Origin: Macrostomum lignano
Taxonomy: Eukaryota
NCBI GenBank assembly: GCA_002269645.1
Contig: NIVC01000200.1
Coordinates: forward strand, 706,543 to 770,542
Direction: 5' to 3'
DNA length: 64,000 nucleotides
The notes under the pieces are model-generated. The model worked only from the letters and a program-made list of their open reading frames with translations. It was not told the origin of the DNA and searched no databases. The translations under genes and the position numbers were made by a program. Positions 11,851 to 24,159 of the stretch are shown in pieces (within the stretch, counting starts at the first letter, position 1; each line of letters starts with the position of its first letter).

Positions 11851-12710
11851 TTTTAAATAGTGTAATAGGATTATTATAGATAGCCCAGCGGCCCAGGCTC
11901 GATTCCAAAGGCAGTCTAAACTGGAATCTCGACTTGGCTCTGCTCGTGCAATTAACGCCCAGCTTGAAGGCCAGCCCCCAAGGCACAGTGAAGTGTACAT
12001 GCCTAACGATAAATAAAGTTAGGGCCGCTGTACCCTCCTGGTGAGTGTGTGCCTGTGCGTATGACTGCGTACGCATCTGCGCGCATGTGTGCCTGCTCAG
12101 GGGAGTCGGCGGAATGGACAGCAATGGGCAGCACACAGCCCCTCGCCTCTAAGTGAAAAGGGCAAACAGTAGTGTAGATGCAAGTTTAATTGTTTTTAGT
12201 TACCAGAAAGCTCAGTTAATTATGTATAGTAACAGAATTTTACTTCGATAAACTTTATACTGCAAAGTATCTTGCATTAGAAATAGAATTTCAATTTTTA
12301 GTACAAAATTCATATGAAAAACAAAAAACGAAAAAAACACGAGTTTATATGAAGGCAGAGAATATAAAATAAAACAGAGTTTTGTGTTTCTACTAACAAT
12401 ATAATTAGGCCAATTAATAACCAAGCAGAGCTTCTGATAGCTGATTACGATTCACCATTAATCAGCTAATGGAAATTTCATAATGTGATGCTTTACAGTC
12501 CGCGCAAATTAAAATCTGTCTTACTGAGGCCATCGGCGATGAGGCTGATTGAATCCTGATTACTTCTTTAAATCTGAAACAGGCCAGGTGTGTTAGTATG
12601 AGTTAAATAAAAGTAAAAATTATATTCTTTGTTGTGGGTATTAAAAATTATATACTTAATTATAGCAATTGAATATAAGACAGCACTACTTAGTTAAATG
12701 GGTAGATGAT

Positions 12711-13960
<1,250 letters not shown>

Positions 13961-14584
13961 TAGATACACATGGTCACAGCAAACGAACAGCAAATAATGA
14001 CAACAAACAAACTCCGAGTAATTTACAACATAAAGCTTGGTTATATATAAGTGACAAGTTAATGCATAAAAACGGTATTAATATAAAGACAAAATGATGC
14101 TCTAATCTATGAAAACCTATTTATTAAGTAAAAGTAAACACAGGTTAAGTGCTGCAGATGTCCGGCAAAAATGTTAACCCATAAGCACACCAGTAATGCT
14201 CCGAGACACAACACTATTTATACCTCGAATAAACTTCGCAGCCCTTCACCCGAAAAGCAGACTGACAGACCATCAAACTTAAAACTGTCAATCAAGCAAT
14301 TCCGGATGTCTAGTCTAGCTAAACAAACATTTATCCACTTGAATACGCGAATTCTACTTTGTTTGCATTTCCTAGTTGTCACTGCGCTGCGCAATCGTTT
14401 CAAGCTCATCGCGGTAAATGCTTTTTTTTTTCAAAGACAATTTTCTTCTTTAATAGAATCGTTGTTAGTAAGTTGTATCTGCACTTTGAACAATTCTTTT
14501 GATACGAGTTGTTTTTCACTGGACCGATACAAAGTAAACTTATCATTGTCTTCTCCTACCAAATTTGCTACTATCATTATTATG

Positions 14585-16320
14585 CAACTTCCGGTTGCAC
14601 TAGAATATTCCAAATCTAATTTTTAACATTGTCAGACAACTTCCAGTTTCACTAGAATCATTCCAAATCTATTTTTTATCATTGTTAGACAACTTCCGGT
14701 TTCACTAGAATCATTCCAAATCTATTTTTTATCATTGTCAGACAACTTCCGGTTTCACCAGAATCATTCCAAATCTATTTTTTATCATTGTTAGACAACT
14801 TCCGGTTTCACCAGAATCATTCCAAATCTATTTTTTATCATTGTTAGACAACTTCCGGTTTCACCAGAATCATTCCAAATCTATTTTTTATCATTGTTAG
14901 ACAACTTCCGGTTTCACCAGAATCATTACAAATCTATTTTTTATCATTGTTAGACAACTTCCGGTTTCACCAGAATCATTCCAAATCTATTTTTTATCAT
15001 TGTTAGACAACTTCCGGTTTCACCAGAATCATTACAAATCTATTTTTTATCATTGTTAGACAACTTCCGGTTTCACTAGAATCATTACAAATCTAATTTT
15101 TATCATTGTCAGACAACTTCCCGTTTCACTAGAATCATTACAAATCTAATTTTTATCATTGTCAGACAACTTCCGGTTTCACTAGAATCATTCCAAATCT
15201 ATTTTTTATCATTGTCAGACAACTTCCGGTTTCACTAGAATCATTCCAAATCTATTTTTTATCATTGTCAGACAGACTTCCTGTTTTACTAGAATCATTC
15301 CAAATCTATTTTTTATCTTTGATAGACAACTTCCGGTTTCACCAGAATCATTCCAAATCTATTTTTTATCTTTGATAGACAACTTCCGGTTTCACCAGAA
15401 TCATTCCAAATCTATTTTTTATCTTTGATAGACAACTTCCAGTTTCACTAGAATCATTCCAAATCTATTTTTTATCATTGTCAGACAGACTTCCTGTTTT
15501 ACTAGAATCATTATAAATCTAATTTTTATCATTGTTAGACAACTTCCCGTTTCACTAGAATCATTCCAAATCTATTTTTTATCATTGTCAGACAGACTTC
15601 CTGTTTTACTAGAATCATTATAAATCTAATTTTTATCATTGTTAGACAACTTCCCGTTTCACTAGAATCATTCCAAATTTATTTTTTATCTTTGATAGAC
15701 AACTTCCAGTTTCACCAGAATCATTACAAATCTAATTTTTATCTTTGTCAGACAACTTCCGGTTTCACCAGAATCATTACAAATCTAATTTTTATCATTG
15801 TCAGACAACTTCCGGTTTCACTAGAATCATTACAAATCTAATGTTTATCATTGATAGACAACTTCCAGCTTCACTAGAATCATTACAAATCTAATTTTTA
15901 TCATTGTCAGACAACTTCCGGTTTCACTAGAATCATTACAAATCTAATTTTTATCATTGTCAGACAACTTCCGGTTTCACTAGAATCATTACAAATCTAA
16001 TTTTTATCATTGTCAGACAACTTTCGGTTTCACCAGAATCATTCCAAATCTATTTTTTATCATTGTCAGACAACTTCCGGTTTCACTAGAATCATTACAA
16101 ACCTAATGTTTATCATTGTTAGACAACTTCCGGTTTCACCAGAATCATTCCAAATCTAATTTTTATCATTGTTAGACAACTTCCTGTTTCACCAGAATCA
16201 TTCCAAATCTAATTTTTATCATTGTTAGACAACTTCCTGTTTCACCAGAATCATTCCAAATCTAATTTTTATCATTGTTAGACAACTTCCGGTTTCACTA
16301 GAACCATTCCAAATCCGGTA
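14585..16320. repeat. 53-bp satellite (AGACAACTTCCGGTTTCACTAGAATCATTCCAAATCTATTTTTTATCATTGTT-like), ~33 copies
   Basis: Period measured between GACAAC at 14635 and 14688. Confidence 0.95.
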
Positions 16321-16452
16321 TTATCATTGTTACATACAACTTTTAATTCCACATTCCCTACCAGTACTATTATTATCATTTTACTTTTGGGTTTTAACGC
16401 TGTTAATATCATAACGTTGTTTATCTGCTTAAATTATATTGATTTTTATTCA

Positions 16453-19400
16453 TTATAAATTCTCATTTCCGGTGTGCTCCGTTAGCGGAGCAGCTGCATC
16501 CTCACCCTTGCCGCCAGATTTGCCAGCACCCGCTGTTGCGGCAGCTTTTTTATCAGCCGGAGACGCTGGCTTTGCCGCCGACCCCGATGTCGAAGATTTT
16601 TGCGACCCAGACGCCGCGGAGGCGGCTCCGAAAGAGGAGGCCGAAGAGGATTTTGCGTCTCCGCCGCCGCCCGCGGCACTACGCGGCACTGGCTTGGCAT
16701 CTTTGACGTGTTTGTTATAAATTTGCTCTGCGACGGCGAGTGAAGAAGGGATGCGAACAAAATAGCGATATAGGGATTGAGAGGGCATGCCGCCGTCAAG
16801 TTTAAACGAAACTGGACGCAAAGCCGAAACTTGACAAGAAAACAACATTACTGAGTGATTGATTGATTGACTGATTGATTGATTGACTGACTGATTGTCT
16901 GACTGACTGATTGATTGACTGATTGATTGATTGACTGATTGATTGACTGACTGAGTGATTGATTGACTGACTGATTGATTGACTGATTGGTTGATTGACT
17001 GACTGATTGATCGAATGATTGATTGATTGACTGACTGATTGATTGAATGATTAATTGATCAATTGATTGACTGACTGATTGATTGACTGACTAACTGATT
17101 GACTGACTGATTGATTGACTGACTAACTGATTGACTGACTGATTGACTGATTGATTGATTGATTGACGATTGATTGATTGATTGATTGACGATTGATTGC
17201 TTAGTTGATAGATTGATTGATGGATTAATTTATTGACAGATACTACACACAGATTCCTCGTACGATGCAAAAAATCAATGTTTTTATAGATTGTTTGAAG
17301 GTCAAAACTGAGGGATTTCACTCAGTGTGATAAAATGGAATCTTCGGACACCGGAGTTCCGGGAAACGGCAAGTTAGAAATTCCCTAAGACGACGGACTT
17401 GCGTAAATTTTTAATACAAGAGTTCTGATTTTTTGAAAATAATAATTTGGCAAGCTGCAAATCAAACAGTTTCTTATATTGGTGAAAAATCAATCAATCA
17501 AAGACAAGTTGAAAAGCAAGCAAAAAGCTGGACAAGATTGCATCGCAATAAACTCTAATAAAAACAATCAATGACAACTCACTGCTAACAGCTTCTTCGG
17601 CATAGAATCTGACGTCTGCGTCTTCATCTTTTGACAGTTCGACTAACGGACTGATAATGTCCTTTTTAATGATGCTGGAAAAAGGCAGTGAGATTATCTA
17701 TTTTAATACGAGTAGATAACATATTCACAAATGTCCTTATCTTTGTAAACTGGATGACTAACTTTGTTTACTTATAGCGACTCAACACCTTGTCTACCTT
17801 TCGACTCCACCTTGCCTACCTACCGACCCTACCTTGCCTACCTACCTACCGACTCTACCTTGCCTACATACCGACTCTACCTTGCCTACCTACCGACCCT
17901 ACCTTGCCTACCTACTTACCGACTCTACCTTGCCTACATACCGACTCTACTTTGCCTACCTACCGACTCTACCTTGCCTACCTACCGACTCTACCTTTGC
18001 CAACCTACCGACTCTACCTTTGCCTATGTATCAACTCTACTCTGCCTACCAGCCGACTCTACTTTGTCTACTGTTCAACGCTACTTTAACTATTAACCAA
18101 AGCTACATGGCCTAAAAACCCCTTTTTGGCTAAAAAATGCAAACAAAAACATTTCAACTAACTTTGCGTCGAAATGCGTTGCCAGCCGAACAAGAGCCTT
18201 GACAACGGCTAAACGAACGTTGGGCACCTTATCCGATGACAGCTTCATCAGCTGCGGCACCAGAACCGGGATGCATGAAGCGGCGCCCTTGTCCATCAGT
18301 TCCTGCAAGATGGAAAAGTAAAAACTGTAAAAGAATTTTTCAGGATACTAATTAGTGTGAAACATGGCTAATCTGTCAGCACAGCAATTATCCTTTGATG
18401 TCAAGTCATTTTTCCTTGAGGATTGGGATTTCTGCTTTGGGATTTCTGCTTTGGGGAATGGGATTTCTGGTTTGAGCCTTGGGATTTCTGGTTTGGGATT
18501 TCTGGTTTGGGGATTGGGATTTCTGTTTTGAGCTTTGGGATTTCTGGTTTGGGATTTCTGGTTTGGGGATTGGGATTTCTGGTTTGAGCTTTGAGATTTC
18601 TGGTTTGGGGATTTGGATTTCTGGTTTGGGGATTGGGATTTCTGGTTTGGGGATTGGGATTTCTGGTTTGAGGGTTGGGATTTCTGGTTTGAGCTTTGGG
18701 ATTTCTGGTTTGGGGATTGAGATTTCTGGTTTGAGCTTTGGGATTTCTGGTTTGGGATTTCTGGTTTGGGGATTGAGATTTCTGGTTTGAGCTTTGGGAT
18801 TTCTGGTTTGGGATTTCTGGTTTGGGGATTGGGATTTCTGGTTTGAGCTTTGAGATTTCTGGTTTGGGGATTTGGATTTCTGGTTTGGGGATTGGGATTT
18901 CTGCTCTGGGGATTGGGACTTCCGGTTGGAGCTTTGGGATTTCTGGTTTGAGGATTGGGACTTCTGGTTTGAGGATAGGGACTTCTGGTTTGAGGATTGG
19001 GACTTCTGCTTTGAGATTTCTGGTTTGGGGATTGGGATTTCTGGTTTGAGCTTTGGGATTTCTGGTTTGGGGATTGGACCTTCCGGTTTGAGGATTGGGA
19101 TTTCTGCTTTGGGATTTCGGGTCTGGGGATTGGGATTTCCGGTTTGGGGATTGGGACTACCGGTTTGAGCTTTGGGATTTCTGGTTTGAGGATTAAGATG
19201 CTCAGTTTTAGGGTGGGGATTTTATATGTGTAGAATTGGGATTTTAGATTCGAGATTATGGGATATAAGCGATTGAAAGTTGGATTTTTTATTTTCCCAA
19301 ATAGACGTCAGCACCAGACATCCGGAACGCACATGAACCGAATTAAACTTAGTTTAACAAAAAAACTGCGCTCTTTAAAAATGACAACAATAATAAGGAG

Positions 19401-22400
19401 AACTTACCACGGCGCAAGTGATCCACACTTTTCTAAACTGATAGTTGCCTTCGGTGGCCAGGGCCGCTAGGCTGGCACTTTTAGCGATGCCATCAGTCAG
19501 GCTTTTATGATCCTTTACAACTCTACCAAGGGCTTGCGCGGCCGAGTCGCGAATTTCGCTAGCGGAATCTTTTAGCCAGGAGATGTAAGCCGGGACCAGC
19601 GTGCCGCTGATCTGGGCTTCGTCCTGCGGGCAGTGCGGATTTGAGATGGGAGTTGGCAATTTTGACTGAATTGTGCGACTGCTCATGAGGTTAGGGCTCA
19701 GAGCTGAGGCACTGAAGGCAAGGGTCAGCGACCCACCTGAGACATTAAAGGAAGAGGCAGTGACCCCACCTAAGACACTGAAGGGGCAGTGACCCCACCT
19801 AAGACAGTGAAGGGACAGTGACCCCACCTAAGACACTGAAAGGGCAGTGACCCCACCTAAGACAGTGAAGGGACAGTGACCCCACCTAAGACATTGAAGG
19901 GGCAGTGACCTCACCTAAGATAACTGAAGGGGCAGTGACCCCACCTAAGACACTGAAAGGGCAGTGACCCCACCTAAGACACTAAAGGGGCAGTGACCCC
20001 ACCTAAGACACTAAAGGAGCAGTGACCCCACCTAAGACACTGAAGGGGCAGTGACCCCACCTAAGACAGTGAAGGGACAGTGACCCCACCTAAGACATTG
20101 AAGGGGCAGTGACCTCACCTAAGATAACTGAAGGGGCAGTGACCCCACCTAAGACACTAAAGGGGCAGTGACCCTACCTAAGACACTGAAAGGGCAGTGA
20201 CCCCACCTAAGACACTGAAGGGGCAGTGACCTCACCTAAGATAACTGAAGGGGCAGTGACCCCACCTAAGACACTAAAGGGGCAGTGACCTCACCTAAGA
20301 TAACTGAAGGGGCAGTGACCCCACCTAAGACACTAAAGGGGCAGTGACCCCACCTAAGACACTAAAGGAGCAGTGACCCCACCTAAGACACTGAAGGGGC
20401 AGTGACCCCACCTAAGACACTGAAAGGGCAGTGACCCCACCTAAGACAGTGAAGGGGCAGTGACCCCACCTAAGACACTGAAGGGGCAGTGACCCCACCT
20501 AAGACACTAAAGGGGCAGTGACCCCACCTAAGACACTAAAGGGGCAGTGACCCTACCTAAGACAGTGAAGGGGCAGTGACCCCACCTAAGACACTGAAAG
20601 GGCAGTGACCCCACCTAAGACACTGAAAGGGCAGTGACCCCACCTAAGACACTAAAGGGGCAGTGACCCTACCTAAGACAGTGAAGGGGCAGTGACCCCA
20701 CCTAAGACACTGAAAGGGCAGTGACCCCACCTAAGACACTGAAGGGGCAGTGACCCCACCTAAGACACTGAAAGGGCAGTGACCCCACCTAAGACACTAA
20801 AGGGGCAGTGACCCCACCTAAGACAGTGAAGGGGCAGTGACCCCACCTAAGACACTGAAGGGGCAGTGACCCCACCTAAGACACTGAAAGGGCAGTGACC
20901 CCACCTAAGACACTAAAGGGGCAGTGACCCCACCTAAGACAGTGAAGGGACAGTGACCCCACCTAAGACAGTGAAGGGACAGTGACCCCACCTAAGACAT
21001 TGAAGGGGCAGTGACCTCACCTAAGATAACTGAAGGGGCAGTGACCTCACCTAAGATAACTGAAGGGGCAGTGACCCCACCTAAGACACTGAAAGGGCAG
21101 TGACCCCACCTAAGACACTGAAGGGGCAGTGACCTCACCTAAGATAACTGAAGGGGCTTGACCCCACCTAAGACACTAAAGGGGCAGTGACCCCACCTAA
21201 GACACTGAAAGGGCAGTGACCCCACCTAAGACACTAAAGGGACAGTGACCCCACCTAAGACAGTGAAGGGACAGTGACCCCACCTAAGACATTGAAGGGG
21301 CAGTGACCTCACCTAAGATAACTGAAGGGGCAGTGACCTCACCTAAGATAACTGAAGGGGCTTGACCCCACCTAAGACACTAAAGGGGCAGTGACCCCAC
21401 CTAAGACACTGAAAGGGCAGTGACCCCACCTAAGATACTAAAGGGACAGTGACCCCACCTAAGACATTGAAGGGGCAGTGACCTCACCTAAGATAACTGA
21501 AGGGGCAGTGACCTCACCTAAGATAACTGAAGGGGCAGTGACCCCACCTAAGACACTAAAGGGGCAGTGACCCCACCTAAGACACTAAAGGAGCAGTGAC
21601 CCCACCTAAGACACTAAAGGAGCAGTGACCCCACCTAAGACACTGAAAGGGCAGTGACCCCACCTAAGACAGTGAAGGGACAGTGACCCCACCTAAGACA
21701 TTGAATGGGGCAGTGACCTCACCTAAGATAACTGAAGGGGCAGTGACCCCACCTAAGACACTAAAGGGGCAGTGACCCCACCTAAGACACTAAAGGGGCA
21801 GTGACCCCACCTAAGACACTGAAGGGGCAGTGACCCCACCTAAGACACTAAAGGGGCAGTGACCCCACCTAAGACACTAAAGGGGCAGTGACCCCACCTA
21901 AGACACTAAAGGAGCAGTGACCCCACCTAAGACACTGAAGGGGCAGTGACCCCATCCGAGACATTGAAAGGAGGCAACTGACCCCAGATGAGATGCTGAA
22001 AAGAAAGGAGATGGCGCTCCTCCGCAAGGAAAATGAAAATAATAAAATGAACGAGTGTGTGCTCTTCTTACTACTTAGTAGAAGCAGAATTATAGCCAAA
22101 AGTAATAAAATTATAATTACCACGGCGCTCATTAATTCTGGAAGATTTTTGACGACGCCAAGACGAACTCGCCAGTTCTGATCGCTGTAGAGCTTCATCA
22201 GACTGGGGATGATGGTGTTCTTCAGATCGGCCGGCGGCGTGACCTGAGTATAGCGTGAGGCGATCGGGTGGCGGATTTAGAAATTTTATTTGTTAGTAAT
22301 TCTTAATCTTAATTCCTTTATAGTCCGAGCTTTTAACCCCCAATTTGACCGATTCTTAATCCCCAATTTGACCGATTCTTAATCCCCAATTTGACCGATT

Positions 22401-23847
22401 CTTAATCCCCAATTTGACCGATTCTTAATCCCCAATTTGACCGATTCTTAATCCCCAATTTGACCGATTCTTAATCCCCAATTTGACTGATTCTTGATCC
22501 CCAATTTTACCGATTCTTAATCCCCAATTTGAATGATTCTTGATCCCCAATTTTACCGATTCTTAATCCCCAATTTGACCGATTCTTAATCCCCAATTTG
22601 ACCGATTCTTAATCCCCAATTTGACCGATTCTTAATCCCCAATTTGACCGATTCTTAATCCCCAATTTGACCGATTCTTAATCCCCAATTTGACCGATTC
22701 TTAATCCCCAATTTGACCGATTCTTAATCCCCAATTTGACTGATTCTTGATCCCCAATTTTACCGATTCTTAATCCCCAATTTGACCGATTCTTAATCCC
22801 CAATTTGACCGATTCTTAATCCCCAATTTGACCGATTCTTAATCCCCAATTTGACCGATTCTTAATCCCCAATTTGACCGATTCTTAATCCCCAATTTGA
22901 CCGATTCTTAATCCCCAATTTGACCGATTCTTAATCCCCAATTTGACCGATTCTTGATCCCCAATTTTACCGATTCTTAATCCCCAATTTGACCGATTCT
23001 TAATCCCCAATTTGACCGATTCTTAATCCCCAATTTGACCGATTCTTAATCCCCAATTTGACCGATTCTTAATCCCCAATTTGACTGATTCTTAATCCCC
23101 AATTTGACCGATTCTTAATCCCCAATTTGACCGATTCTTAATCCCCAATTTGACCGATTCTTAATCCCCAATTTGACCGATTCTTAATCCCCAATTTGAC
23201 CGATTCTTGATCCCCAATTTGACCGATTCTTAATCCCCAATTTGACTGATTCTTAATCCCCAATTTGACTGATTCCTAATCCCCAATTTGACTGATTCCT
23301 AATCCCCAATTTGAGCGATCAGTGAGTGATTTATAAAAACAAGAAATGTTTTCTACAATAACTAGGATATATTAAGGACATTAGAAGGTCACTCACAGCC
23401 AGGATGTCCTTCAGATGGTCGAACACGGCCTGTTTGGCTCCGGCAGAGCCGCTCTCTGTGATCAGGCTGACTACAGTTTTTACCAATTCAGTGGAATCCT
23501 CTTTACGAATTTTAGTCAACAGTCTGGCCGTCTCCGCGATGATCTCCCGCCGGACTCGATCGTCGTGCTCATTCACCAGGTGCTCCTTGAGCTTGGGCAC
23601 CAGCTGACTGTTCAATGTGTCTTTCGAGCAGGCGTCCGCAAAGGCGACCAGGTTTTTTGCGGACGCCCGGCGCACCTCGGGCTCGTTGTCCTCCCACAGG
23701 CGAATGAACAGGGGGCCTGGCGATGGACAGATTTTGTAGCAATTTAGCAAATCCGCCACGTAGTATTTAGCAATAAATAAGTGACACTACTTAATCAGTA
23801 GCGAGTATCTATTTATATTCACGAAATCATACTATTACCCATTGCTG

Positions 23848-23882
<35 letters not shown>

Positions 23883-23886
23883 GGAC

Positions 23887-23937
<51 letters not shown>

Positions 23938-24050
23938 CAGACAGACAGACAGACAGACACACACACAGACAGACAGACACTAAGACAGACAGACACTAAG
24001 ACAGACAGACAGACACACAGACAGACAGACACTAAGACAGACAGACACTA

Positions 24051-24087
<37 letters not shown>

Positions 24088-24090
24088 CTA

Positions 24091-24159
<69 letters not shown>

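Noticed and set aside
14585-16320. CRISPR-like appearance of the 53-bp and other regular arrays
   Set aside because: No unique spacers, no cas genes, and a eukaryotic intron-containing context.
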